From NCBI GenBank assembly GCA_013265495.1, contig MU057651.1, positions 2,146,948-2,210,947 on the forward strand: DNA of 64,000 nt, given 5' to 3'. The translations under genes and the position numbers were made by a program. Numbering within the stretch: position 1 is the first letter of the stretch; each line of letters opens with the position of its first letter. This DNA is from Vicugna vicugna. Its lineage: Eukaryota. Of the stretch, positions 1-12,705 are shown piece by piece. A model generated the notes under the pieces. That model was not told the DNA's origin. It saw nothing but the letters and a program-made list of their open reading frames with translations, and made no database searches.

Positions 1-857
1 AACGGGGCATTGTCGGGACGTGTTGCTGAGCGCCAGGGCACGGCTGCTCGCGTGCCTGCTCCTCCGGGTACCCTGGGCTTCAGAGGAGAGCCGTTGCAGC
101 CTGCAGTCTGCATGGTGCAAAGTACAGGGAAAAGGGAGAAGGAATGCATTTTGTATCTGAAGCGCTGTGCACTTCGCCGAAGAAAATGCAATTCAAATGG
201 AGGTGGTGGTACAAAGGGTCCTGCTTGGAACGCTGGTGACCGTAGCAAGGATGGAGGTGGAAGGGAGGCCGGTTCTGGACCTCTTTCCTGGGGGGCACTC
301 GGGCGTTGAGGTGGTCTGTTCTCTGCTCTCTGAGAGTGATGGAGGCTGGACGCCGTGGGTGGGTGTCTGAAGTCAGAAACCAGAAGCCAGATCCTTCTTG
401 TGCCTGGATGCTCGCTGGGCCCTGGACAGAGCGTAGCTTCGCCCGCCCTCCTGAGCTTCTTTTTGCCTGGGTCCGCGTCCACTTGCTGTGCTCTGCGCAG
501 TCTTCTCTGTGCTCCAAGCCTGCCTTCCACCTCCTCTCCCTGCTCTTTGCCCCACAAAATCCCCCGTTCCTCTCGGCCTGCTGGATCTCAGCCGGATGTC
601 CGCTGAAGACCTCGCTTGCTTGGACGAGATACTGTTAAGGTGTTCATAATAGAGTCATCTCATTCCTGCGGGGGTGTTCGCGATTTATTTTGTGCAGCCA
701 AATAAAAACACGGTTACTTGTAGGATTTCCTCCAGTGCTGCTCACTTTGTACCAAGTGTCCTGTCTTCACCTTGTACCACCCGGCATCCAGCTCTGAGTC
801 AGGAAGCCTGCCTCCCGGTTTATAAGTTTTCTAAATGAATGGTGCTCCCTGCTTCCC

Positions 858-1184
858 GCGGTATGGCTCCCGTGGGCAAAGAACCACTGACCGGAGGCCG
901 TCAACAACAGACATTTATAGGCTGGAAGTCCGAGGGCAAGGGGTCAGCAGGGCCGGTTTGCCCCGAGGCCGTCTCCATCCCGCACGGCCTTCCCTCTGTG
1001 CGTGTCTGTGTCCTGATCCCTCCTCACAGGGACCCTCGGCGGACTGGATTCAGACCAGCTCATATGACCATTTCCCTTTGTCGCCTCTGGAAAGATTTCG
1101 TGTCTAAAGGCAGTCACATTCTGAGATATCAGGGTTATGCCGTCAGCATCTGAATTTGGGGGGTGACACCGTCCAGCCTGTCAC
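858..1184 (-). mobile_element. MLT1-type MaLR solo LTR relic
   Basis: ggctggaagtcc...gtcagcagggccggttt...ccctctgtgcgtgtctgtgtcctgatc...cagtcacattctgag...gaatttggggggtgacac resembles the antisense MLT1A/B consensus, with internal deletions. Confidence 0.75.
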
Positions 1185-1190
1185 GTAGGT

Positions 1191-1330
1191 TGTCGGGGAC
1201 CAGAGTGGCCGTCCCAGGCCTGTGGGGTGGGGGGCAGGTTGCAGTAGCAAGGCTGATGGGCAGAAAGAATTTACAGACAAGGCACAGAGTGATGGATAAT
1301 AAACAAATGAAGGTCTGACAAGCATAATTA
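1191..1330 (-). mobile_element. Possible ERV1-type LTR 3' (U5) fragment
   Basis: The minus strand reads ...cactctgtgccttgtctgtaaattctttctg...ctctggtccccgaca, ending in an LTR-like CA. The family is not identified. Confidence 0.35.
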
Positions 1331-2704
1331 AGCGGCCCACTGAGAGCACCGTGAATCCGTCTACTCCACGCCGGGCGCCGTCAGGAACTGTCACATCTCT
1401 TGTGTCAGTGAACCCTTTACCCCGGGCTCTGCTGATCTCTTTCACACTTGCCCCTGGTGACGACCGCGGGGGCCAGCAGCAGGTCAGATTTGAAATCCAA
1501 TTCATGTAAAACCATTCCGTTTCGAACCTCAAAAGAACTTGTCCCCCCTTGCCCTCCACACCTGGGAATCCTGATCACCGGGGACCCGTGGAGCTGGAAA
1601 TGAGGTCTGCAAGCTTGTTTCGGTGTTTTCTCGAACCTCATGGAATGTGTGTGCCTCCCCGAGATAAAGGTGTGCAGGGGAAACAAAATTTCACCTGCTT
1701 TTGGGGTCGGGGTGGGATCTGCCCAAGGTGTCCAGGCTGGAGCCCTGACTTGCAGTTGGAGGAACCTCGGAAGGAAAAGAGCACATGAATTATGGATCAG
1801 CAACGCCTGCTAGGCTGTCTTTTAACGCGTGGGGACTGTTGGACGGGAGATAACTGAACGCAGGTGAAGTTCTGGACCCGTGAGTCACACCAGAGCCTCA
1901 GCATTTGGCTTGCTGCAAAAAAATCTCCTGGCTGGGAATTTATGATGAAAAAAAAGTCAAAAAATCTTACATGAAATTTGGAATCAAAAGTGCCGTCTAA
2001 ACAGATCTCTCTTGCAGTTATGAGAAAGTGCCAGTAAAGAGAAAGACAGTCTGGCGGTATTTATAGTCTTTTGGCGAATGCTGCTTAACCCGGAACAAAG
2101 CCATCATTATCCACCTTTGCAAAGTTTTAAGTCCCACAAGGTGCATGTTCTTTTCCATAAGTCAGTCTCCTGCGTGTGCTGTCGCTACCATGGAGTTTCT
2201 AAGAAGATTTTGCAAGTTCTGGATTTCTTAGTTTCTGCCTTTCTGGCTAAAGCCATTTAAATGGCACCTTTTTTTTTTTTTTTTTTTTAAGAAGAAAGTC
2301 CATGTGGTTTCTCTGGACCCTTCAGACGTGTCCCCAACTCAGGCAGGGGAAACCCAACTTAAATAACTAACCGCTTATTAACATGTTCCACACAGTGCTT
2401 GACTTGCGCATCTGGTGAGACGAACGTTATAAAGATGTCCTGCAGGACATTTGGTTCTGCCCGAAACCACTTGGCATGGCCCGAATATTCTCATGGACTC
2501 TCTGGATAGGACCAAATGTTGAGGACCTTTTGCTGTGAGCCAGGTGTCTTAGGGAGATTTTGAACCGGACCTGTATCTGCTAACCCCCCGAAGTGTAGGC
2601 TTTTGTGATGGGAAGAAAGAAGCCGGCGTTTGTCCCGTGCCAGTGCGCTGTATGCACTTTGGGAGAATTCACACAACAGACTAATGTTAATGGTATTTTT
2701 TATG

Positions 2705-2822
2705 TTTATTATTTTAAAGGAGAGAAAATTAAGGCTCAAACCACTTAAGGAACTTGATCAAAGTCAGCAGGCCCGTAACTAGGGAAGCCGGGTTCTGAGG
2801 CCTGGCCTGCCGGACTCTGAGC
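2705..2822 (-). mobile_element. MIR SINE relic
   Basis: ttttaaaggagagaaaattaaggctca...ttaaggaacttgatcaaagtca...gaagccgggttctga follows the antisense MIR core. Confidence 0.6.
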
Positions 2823-5800
2823 ATCGTGCCCTCCCCACGTGCCTGCGGCTGCTCACGGTCCCTCGGGGATGGGTGGCACCTTCTGTGTGGCTGAGGGGAT
2901 TTGTGGTCCGTGGAGGAGGGGAGGCGCCCGGCCCGCATCTGTGTCCGGTAAATGCTGAATCAGTGTGGTGGTTTTTATATAGTATTTCGATGGGTTTATG
3001 TTGCGTTTCACCCAAGCCATCGAGGACCCAATGAGTAACTGTGTCCTTCAAGGCCTGAAATCTTGAGTTGTAGGGGGAACGGGACCCCCCTGAGGACAAA
3101 GGGCCGGGATTCCAGGCAGGGCGCTGGATCTGGACAGGTGGGCGGCCCTCGGCAGACCCACCGCTGACCCGACAGCCAGCCCCGGCCCAGGTTGCTGCTC
3201 TGCGCGGCCCACCGCACAGAAGACAGGCGTGTGACTAGTGCACACATCTGACAAATGAGAAGTCATTGTCTGATTGCCACCTGGTCGCGAGAGCGGACGA
3301 GTCCCAGGTGGCAGCCACCTGCTCCTTTCCAAGGACACCTGCTCGCCAGCTGACCACACCCCTGCTTGGCCTGCCTTCCCCGTGGTCCTGCAGCCTCACG
3401 CCTGGGCGATGCCCTCTGCCCGCAAGGGGAGAAACTGCCCCTTAGAGAACCAGTGCCTTCTTCCAAATCGGCCAGCCGGCGGGCATCCGGGGAGGCCCCC
3501 AACCCTGGTCCCACACCGTCAAGTCCTGCCCCGCAGTTTGGGTGGACAGGCAGCTCCTAGAGCTCCGAGGGCAGAGGACCCACCGTCTGAAGACGCCCCG
3601 GTGCCGTGTTCTGCTCCATCCTTGTGCCCCGGGCAACTCTCAGAGCCTCTGGTGGTAAAGCGTGGACGGTATCCTGCTTGTGGCCCACGTCATGAGGAGG
3701 GAATGAGGCACGTGTGACCCTGCCGAGCTCTGCACGGACAGGGGAGTGGGAGCCCGCTGCTCGTGTGGCCTTGGAAGTGCGCTCCGTGGAGCGTGGACCT
3801 TCTGGGAGGTGCGGCCCGCAGCCAGAAAGACCGTCTTCATCAGCCTCCAGTCTCGGGGAGTCCTCACCGTTCGGCTGTGTTTTCCTGTAAATGTCTCCTT
3901 CCAGATCTGACACTTCCCAACAGCAAACTCACTCCTGCATTCAGTTCCTCCAAAAAGAATGCATCTTCGGAGAAACATTTGCAGGCGCTGGGCTGGAGAG
4001 CGGATATGCGGAGACAAAGCCTCGGGGCCCTCCAGCGAGGGGGCTGCGACCCAGGAGTGTGCAGCGTGGCGAGAGGGCCCTCAGGGTGGAAGGCCAGGTG
4101 GAAGCCGCTCGCCTGGACTCCGGGGCTGCTGCTGGGCTGTTTTTAAGTGACGGAAAAGTCCTGGGGTTCCGGGATTTCTGGGGTTGGGGGGAGGACCCGA
4201 GTCTGTCTCCAACAGAACATGCAGGAGTTTGAGCCAAGGTGGTGGGTTCCCGCCCGAGCCCAGGGCCCCTGCAGCCATCCTTCACGGTCCGTTCTGCCCG
4301 CAGAGCCGGAAGACCTCCTTGCGGCGTGTCTGTTCCAAGGCTGAGATCCTGCCAGCTGGACTTCGCTCCTTCTATTTCTGTCGGGCCCCGGGGTGCGGCC
4401 AGGACATCCAGTGCCTGTCAGATCTGCGGAAAAGGATGATGTCAGGCCTCTGCCCGCGGCCCTGGGAGCTCTCGCGGAAGCCTTCGCCCCAAAGCCCAGG
4501 GATGGAAAATCAAGGTGTCAGGTGGCTCTGCACGTTCCCTGTTTGGGCAGAAGTGAGTTTTGCTTTAAGAAGGCGATGAGGCCACCCTTGCCGGGGAATA
4601 TGGGAGGCTGATGGCCTGAAAAGCCACCGTGCATGAAACAGGACTCGTGACATCCGGGGTCTCACATAAAACACATCTTCTTAAAAGCATGGCTGAAATG
4701 GCAAAAAAAAAAAAAAAGAGAGGGAGAGAGAGATTAATCCCCAGGGGTGGGAATCAGGATACACAGAGATAAGCCAGCCTTTCCGGGGCGGCTGTGAGCA
4801 TCGCTGACGCCTGGGGCCCGACCCTCGGTCCTCAGGGCCAGGCTGCGGCAGGTGACACGTCCGGGGCCCCAGGGAGACAGAGTCAGACCAGGATGGGTCC
4901 CGGAGGAGCCTGGCCTGCCAGAGGGCGGAGCGGACGGACCCCTGGACGGGCCTTAGCACCTGCAGAGCTGGAAGGGTCCTTCTCAAGTGTTTCTGTCTCC
5001 ATTCACGCTTCCCCGAGGGGTCTGAAAACTCCAAGCGGCTTGTTTTTATTTAAAGGGGTCCCAGGCTGGCCACGCCCACAGGCGCATGTGCCGTCCATCC
5101 AGGCTGCACAGCATCCCCACGAGTTGTGTTCCAAGGAATGTGATGTCGGAATACAAATTACACAGCAGAGGGGAGAGCGCCCTGAGCCTGAGGCAGCCAC
5201 GACCGAAGCCGCCAGATCAGGCCCCGAACAGTAACATTCACAGAGAAATAAACGCTGGGTCACCCCGGGGAGGCTCAGCCTGGGAGGGCCTGGTGAGGTG
5301 CAGATTACGAGATGACCTAGGGAACCAGCCGGTGGAGCTGAAGTTTCCCAGAAGGAAACCCAGGTCCACAGATGGGACAGAGGGAGACGTTTTGATACGT
5401 GGACACGAGACAGAAAAGGTGTAACACACACCCGATTAGAATTTTGAAAGATGTAGCAGAAAACGTGGAAGAAACGAAGACAGAGTGTCCACGATCATCT
5501 AGTCGGAAGGCCTCTGCTTTCTGATCGGGGAATCCCAGTGCGTCTAAAGAAAGATAAAAATATATATATAAATGTATATATATATAATCTCAGCTAACTC
5601 TAACATCCCGCGGGGAACAGACTGAACCCACAATGTGGCAGGAATTAAGCTGACCGCCTGAAAACCCAAAGCAGCGAAAGGAAGTGTTTAAAAGAACAAA
5701 AAGTAAGTGTTCATGCCATTTACGTCCCCAGCCAGGCTGCCCTCCAGGAAGGAGCTTGGACCAAAGTGGTTTCAAACCAAAGCAGCGAGCGGACCAGCCA

Positions 5801-5939
5801 CACACCTTCCCTGAAAGGGCTTCCAGATGCGGCCTGAAGGCCGAAATGCAGGGAGAAGGGCCGCGACCCCAGACGCAAAGTCAGGGGGTCGAGGAGGAGC
5901 GGATGGAGGCCTGTTGCTTCACGGAGCTGGGGGCCGGGG

Positions 5940-6075
5940 AGCCTGGTGGCACGTGGAGAAGATGTGGTTGTCATAACGGGATGCGGTGGGAGGATGCGTG
6001 GGTCCAGGCGTGCTGCCGGAACCCTGCGGGGCACAGAACAGCCCCCAAAGCAACGCCAGGAGGCATTGTCACCGT
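5940..6075 (+). mobile_element. MER20 (hAT) relic
   Basis: tggttgtcataac...ccaggcgtgctgcc...gcacagaacagcccccaaagcaac resembles the central part of the MER20 consensus. Confidence 0.55.
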
Positions 6076-6533
6076 TCTGAGCAGACGGGAAGCACCATGG
6101 AATGCAACCTGTATATGCTTCTGGGGAAAACGGCATTGCTGGGGGCGAGTGCAGCTTCCGACCGAATCGTGAAACAGATGGGACGTTTTCAGAGGCCCCT
6201 CCTTCTGCCGGTCACAGGTGCCACCAAGCTCCAGCCGGCCGTGCGCGATGCTCCGGCCCGTCCTGCGATCAAGTTCAGACCGCTTCTGAGTGGAGTCTCT
6301 CTCCTGCGTGGCTGTCGCTGCCCTCTGCCCCCCGAGCAGCCCAGAAAAAGCGGATGGATCGGTCCCTCTGTGTGTCGTGGCTTTGCTTTTGTCATGGTTC
6401 ACAGGCTGCCCTCATTTCTCACTCCCTTGTCCAACTTTAAAAAACAATTTCTTGCCTATGTTTTACTTTCAAATTTGGCGTGTTTTTGGACAAGGTATGG
6501 CAATATTTTTGTTTCAGAAGGCTGGAGACAGCA

Positions 6534-6624
6534 GGGTGGGGAATAGCGCAGGGGTAGAGGGCGTGCTTAGCAGGCACGAGGTCCTGGGTTCCATCCCCAG
6601 TGTCTCCACTAAAAAAAAAAAAAA
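6534..6624 (+). mobile_element. tRNA-Ala-derived camelid SINE (Vic-1-like), short form
   Basis: tRNA-like body gtgcttagcaggcacgaggtcctgggttccatcccc with an A14 tail. Possible target-site duplication GCTGGAGACA (6521-6530) / GCTGGAAACA (6625-6634). Confidence 0.9.
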
Positions 6625-8319
6625 GCTGGAAACAAATAAAACACAAGGTTAGTTTTTAAGCAAGCCACGACCCATGCTTATTAATTCCCTTTGAAGTGTC
6701 AGGGTAGCCCCAAGCCCCATCACACTGCTGCATTGTTGACACTTCTGTTCTGGGGATGCAGGGCCCTGGGCCAGTGGACAGGGTGTCACCCGGGCATCTC
6801 TGTCCCCTGGGGCCGCACGGAGGGAGTCTGCAGGTGGCCGGGATGCGGGCGGCCCCTTTCCATGCGGAGCAGGGCTGCCCCGGGCCCCTTTGCATCATCT
6901 ATCAGGTCACACGGGCAGACGTGTCAGGGACGAGGAGGAGGAAGAGAAGGAATTGTGACAAGGCCGCTGCCTTTCTCTGGGTCTGTGAGGAGCTGGGGAT
7001 GCGTGGCAGGACCGCCCGAGGGCTGAACTGTGCTCTGATGTCAGCCTCTCAGCGCAGTGGCTCCCGCAGGAAGCAAGTTGCCCTCCGGCTTCAGGTGCCC
7101 TCCAGGACGTCAGGGCAGTTTGCCCAGCCTGCTCCAGGGTGACCGCAGGGACCATCCAGCGCTCAGGGACGGTCTGAGCTCAAAGACAGACCCTCTCCTG
7201 TGAGGGTCCCTGCATTTTCTCCTCCACCTGAGCTTAAAACCCCTCGGAAAGAGGCTTCCTTACCTGGAGCCACGGCTGGCGCTGTCCTGCTGGAGCTGCA
7301 GGATGCTCCGAGGAGAAGTGTGGGACCAGAGGTGACAGCCAGGAGCACCCGCAGCCCCGGCTCGGGCTGGTGCCCGGCGCTCCCCGGGTAATGGGCAGCC
7401 GAGGCCGGCTGGTGGGAGCCGGGCTCCGGCCTCAGAGGGCAAGACCCCGTTGTGAGTCTTGCTCTGGAGCTGCGTCCGCTTTGGGCAGGAGCGGCTGCCA
7501 CGGTCCTGGGGTCACCTGCATTGCATTCTTCCCTGCTGAGCGTCTCAGATGAAGAAAACCACACAGTTTTGTCATGTCCTGGGGTGTGTCCGTGTCAGGA
7601 AGAGGTGTGCATGTTGGTTTAGGTGCGTTAAGCGTCTCCCCCATTTGCCGCAGTCCCCACCACTCCCTATGCTGCACCTAGCTCCCGCCTCGTCTTCTTA
7701 GTTGACTTAATTCCCTGAAAGAATCTGAATCTGGTCCCCAGGAGAACCCATCCCCGGGTCACACGCTCACACCCATCTTTCCAGAAGACACTTACTTGGT
7801 TGTTTATATATTAAGGGAAAACCGTGTCTCTGTTTCTTTCTCCTATGGATTCCCTATCTTCAACGCTTTACACTAATTCTAAAACAAAAGGGTTTCGATC
7901 TCCGCATTGTTTTGTTTCTTTTTTTTTTTTAAAGAGGAGGAGTTTGTTCAGCCTTGTCCCCCCCAGGGCTGCCCGGTCTCTAGGTGGTCATGCCCAGTGG
8001 TGTCACGCCCCTCCTAGTAAGGTCTGAATTTGTTAACCCATGCATGAGCAAAGTGTGTGAAATTAGTGCCATCAGAATGCCACTGTCCCCCGTGCTCCCA
8101 GGTGGGAGGAGAGAGGCCACGCCCTGACGGGGCCCGTGTTGGGGGGCAGCACGGAGTCCAGCCGCCGGGGGCACCTGTGGTCACTGAGCATCTCGCCGGC
8201 TTCTCCTCCACTCTGCACTGGTCTGTTCGCAGCCGCCCGGGGGTGGGGGAGGGAGGTCAGGGGATGCCCCTCGACCCTGTGGGCACACATCTCCCTCCAC
8301 TGCAGAAGTGGGGTTGCAG

Positions 8320-8600
8320 GCGAGGTCTGCTCAGGCTGCCGTGACAAAATGCAAGAGAATGGGAGGCTGAAACTGCAGAAATTTACTCCCCGGAGTTCTG
8401 GGGGCTGGAAGTCCAAGTTCAAGGTGGCTGCACCGTCTGGTTCTACTGAGGGCCCTCTTCCTGGCAGGCACACGGCGCCTTCCCACTGTGTCCTCACGTG
8501 GCACAGAGCCATCGCTGCCGCCCCTTAGAGGAACACTAGCCCCACCATGAGGATCTCACCCTCGACCTCCCATTATTACCCCCAAAGGCTTCGCCCCCAA
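8320..8600 (-). mobile_element. MLT1/MST-type MaLR LTR relic
   Basis: ggctgccgtgacaaaatgc...cagaaatttac...gggggctggaagtccaagttcaaggtg...tgtgtcctcacgtggca is in antisense MaLR orientation. Confidence 0.75.
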
Positions 8601-10534
8601 GGCCGCTCTCATTTAGCTCTTCACCTGTTTCCCAGAGCAGGAAGCCCACTGTGCAAACGCTGCCAAAATCCACCCCCTTGCTTAAGCCAGGACCTGCGGG
8701 ATCTTAATTCACAAGAGGGTTTGAAAGACAGTTTGAGACGGAGGGTCTGGCCTCCGGCTAAACCGTAAAGAAGGAAAAGCCGCTCTTTGGTGCCTGAGAA
8801 GAAAGCCGGGCTGTGTCGGGGGTGTCAGCCCGGTGCCTCTCCATCCGTGGTACTGACAGCTCCCGGGGCCAGTTCTTAATTAAGTCCCTTTGTGCGCGGA
8901 TCCGGTCTCTGACAGCCCGCGGAGGGACCAAAGAGAACAAAACAACAGGGCGCAGGAGACAAACAGAAGCCGTCGGCTGGGGTTGGAGGCTGGAAGGTGC
9001 CACTGCCTCCCCCGGGAGGGAGGGCGGATGGCGGGACACGGAGCAGGTGGGGCGAGATGGCCGCGCGGCCCTGACTGACGGACGGGCGTGGAGCCTGGAG
9101 GACGCAGGCTGCCCGGCGGCCGCGGGGCCCGACTTGGCCTCGATGGGGACAGGTTCACCCAAGGAACCCGCATCAAGTTTGCGGAAAGATTTAGTTCGAG
9201 GGGACTGTTGAAAAGAAGGGTGGGGGCTGCGCAGCATCGCCCAGACTTCTTGCAGGGAGTCAGAAGGTGCAGGGCGTGCTCGGGGAGGTGGCACGGGAGT
9301 GGCCCCCCGAGTTCTGGCCGCTGCCCCGACCTCCTGTGTAGATTTCTGGGCGATTGATTCACCAGATCCGTGCGTGTGTTTCCATCCCAGAAAAAAACCA
9401 GAGCTGGAAAGCATTGTTCCTGCGTGTCCCTCCAGCCCCAAAGTAACAAGACAGCAGGTTATCAAAAGCTAACAGACCTGGCCCCTGGAACAGACGGGGA
9501 CTTGGCGGTTCCCCTCAGGGGCATCACGTGGGCACGCGCGAGGCCGGACGCTCGGCAGCGGGAAGGGACGCTTCGGCCACCTGGTGACAAGACGGCGCCA
9601 GCGGCGTTGCGAAGGGCCAAAGCCAAGGCTCCTTTTCGCGGAGGGCCGTTTCAGCGCCAGCCTCTGGCCACTTGTTTCTGGGTTTGAGGTTTTCAGAGCA
9701 ACGACGTCCCGGGGTCATAAGGTCTGAGCGGAAGCCAGAGGCCCGACGGGCAGTACGACCTTGCTCTTTTCGTCTGAGAACCGGTCTTTGAGTTCAGCTC
9801 GCCACGTCGGCGGATGCCGGGAAGCGTCTGTTCGTACCAGTTTCTGGGTCTCTTTGGGGCAGGTCGTCGGCCCAGGAGGGACCTCCGAGGCCCCTCTTTG
9901 TCTCAATGGTGTCCCTCCATCCTCCCCAGCTGACTTAACCATATCCCAGTCTGATCTTTCCCTGCCCCTCCCACCAAAAGCGACAGCCCTTGCCTTTAAA
10001 ATCCGTAACAGGCACCCAGCTCCCAGCTCAGCTGGCACCGACCGTTCCCTGCCATTCTGTTTGGGTTTTTTTCCGTGCATTTATGTCTCAATGTCCCCGA
10101 CCTCCGGGGAGCCCTGAGGTCAGTGACTTGGGTGTTTCCTTGCATCTGTCCTTGAGAATACGGGATCCCTTGAGGCAGTGAGCCTCTGGCATTGCTCCCT
10201 GGAGGATGGAGGTCTTGGTGACGTGGCCGGGGAAAGCCGGCTCCTGGCATCACTGTCCCAGGACCCGGGCGTGTGTCACCCCCAGTCAGCAGGACGGAGG
10301 TGCCCGCATCTTGCATCGTCCATGTTTGCATTTGAAGCTTGTGGATTGAATGCTTGAGAGAGTCAGAACCGTCCCTCGGCGACTCCGTATAAAGTTCAAC
10401 CATTTATAGGAAACATTGACAAAACACAGTGGAGCGGTTAGAAAAGCTGTAATTAACGGGCCGTGGGTGGCGTGATGTCCGCCCCCAGGGGCAGGATTTG
10501 ATTGCTCCAGAATCTTGAAGTTTTGCTTCTTTTT

Positions 10535-10735
10535 TAATTTAAAAAAATTGTTTTTAATTGACATATAGTCGGTTGCAATGTGTCCTTTCTGGCGCACAGC
10601 GTCATGTCTCAGTCATATATATTCACATGTGTTCTTTTTCAGATTCTTTTTCATTGAATAGCGTTCCCCGTGCTACACAGTATCAACTTGTGTGTCTGTT
10701 TTATGCACCGTAGTTAATATTTGCAAATCTTTATC
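10535..10735 (-). mobile_element. L1 3' UTR fragment
   Basis: Aligns to the in-window L1 3' end at 31500-31700 and lacks a 20-bp segment present there (atcggccattacaagatact). Confidence 0.8.
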
Positions 10736-11965
10736 TCAGACTGTGCGCTGAGAGACTCAGGGTCCACACACTTCATTACACAGCATCCTGCCCCTTCTGT
10801 CAAGTCACAGCTTGAGCGTGAGTCTCATTCCAGGGCCGGTGTGTCCTCCTTCGGCGGATTAAACGTGCCATCCGCATCGTGAACCCTCGGAAGAGGACAA
10901 TTTGTGTCTGATCCTTTTTCCTCCCGAGTGGGTGTCTGATCCCCGGGCAGCTCCTGCCGAGGCGGGGAGCGGCCCTTCCTGAAGCCAAGCTGCAGGTTTT
11001 TCTCGGTTCAGCGTTTTCCAACACGCGCCCTGCACGTCCGTCTCAGCTCTTGGGTCTTTCCGAGCCTGTCTTTCCTGACTTGGTCAATGCTCATCCAGCC
11101 TTTTCAGCGTTTTGCACCAGCTCCGTCACTGGAACGATTCCGGGCGTGACAGAGGCGTGGCCCTGGCCCCCGCGTGGCACCGAAGCAGGTGTCAGCTGCC
11201 CGGCAGACCCGGAGCAGGGCTCTGGGTGGCAGGAGGACTCAAGGGGACCTGGGTCCTTGGGGATGCGAAGGAAATGGAATCAGGAAAGTGCAAGGGAGAG
11301 GCCAGCCCGGAATTCAGTGTTTCTCTTCGTGTTCATGTTAATCTTCTCTTGTGTCCCTGCGGAATCCATCACTTTGGGGGTTAGGAGGATAAACAGACCC
11401 TCCCCACGGATGGAAGGAAAGGAAGAACGGAGAGAGGGGTTTGTCTGGGGCTGCGCAGTTTTAACCGAGAGGGGTCTGCACTGACATCCATCATCTCTGC
11501 TTCTCTTTCTCCTCCGTGCGTGAATTAATCCTATCCGTGAAAGCACGACAAGGGCTGGAAACTGTTCTGGAAGTGTCACGCGTCCCCCGTGTCTGCTTGT
11601 GGGCAGGCCTCGGCGTTCAGCCCGGAGTCGCTTTGCAGCCACCAGGAGCCAGTGCGTCCGGCGGCAGGGGGGTTTCAGGGCACCTTCTCCAGCAATCACG
11701 GTAAAAAAAAAAAAAGTCCCAGACTGGGAATGTGATGGTGGTCGGTGCTCAGACGGCAGGACGCGGGTGACACAAGGCATCTCTGACCTCCCACCCAGCT
11801 CAGCTCACTGGCCTTTTCTGGCAGCAAAGATGAGGAAGGTGTGTTTGAAAGCTGGCTTTGAGAAAAGGCGACATTGCCAAGTCGGTGGGCATGCTGGTGG
11901 CTGGTGGGGAAGTCCTGCTGTGTAGACAGGAGGGAGCTGGAGGAAATGTCTAGAAATCAGTTTCT

Positions 11966-11983
11966 TGTGTGTGTGTGTGTGTG
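11966..11983. repeat. (TG)9 microsatellite
   Basis: Read directly from the sequence. Confidence 0.95.
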
Positions 11984-11989
11984 CATGAA

Positions 11990-12310
11990 TTTTCAGAGCA
12001 GCTTTTTTGGTCACAGCCCGAAACAAGAACAACCCAAACGTCCCTAAACAAGAAAGTGGATAGAGGACCTGTGGTACATCCATTCAGTGAGACATTATCC
12101 AAGGGAAAGAAGTACTGGTGTGTGCTCCCACATGGACGGATCTCAGAGCCGTCGTGCTGAGCGCCAGAAATCAGACAAGAAGGGCATTGTATGTCGTGCG
12201 AAAGCCGTTTCTGCCTTCCAGGGTGGAAGGACGTTTGGGACACAGACCAGGTGGGAGTCACATTCAACCTGCTCTCTGCTACACTTCAATAAAAATTATA
12301 TATACACCAA
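11990..12310 (+). mobile_element. Ancient L1M 3' fragment
   Basis: acaacccaaacgtcc...ctgtggtacatccattcagtga...acatggacggatctcaga are typical L1M 3' motifs. Confidence 0.65.
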
Positions 12311-12422
12311 AAAAGAATGTGGTTGAAACACATGCCTTTATATTGTTGTGAGACTGGCTGTAGCTTCTAAGTCTGTGATGCAAATCAGAGCAAGATGTTG
12401 TCCGTGGCCACGCTCTACAGAT

Positions 12423-12705
12423 NNNNNNNNNNNNNNNNNNNNNNNNNNNNNNNNNNNNNNNNNNNNNNNNNNNNNNNNNNNNNNNNNNNNNNNNNNNNNN
12501 NNNNNNNNNNNNNNNNNNNNNNNNNNNNNNNNNNNNNNNNNNNNNNNNNNNNNNNNNNNNNNNNNNNNNNNNNNNNNNNNNNNNNNNNNNNNNNNNNNNN
12601 NNNNNNNNNNNNNNNNNNNNNNNNNNNNNNNNNNNNNNNNNNNNNNNNNNNNNNNNNNNNNNNNNNNNNNNNNNNNNNNNNNNNNNNNNNNNNNNNNNNN
12701 NNNNN
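12423..12705. other. Assembly gap (283 N)
   Basis: Run of N; the right flank lies within an L1 3' end. Confidence 1.

Noticed and set aside
8758-9465. 235-aa and 189-aa minus-strand ORFs
   Set aside because: No recognisable homology. Multiple overlapping frames are open because GC-rich DNA lacks stop codons.
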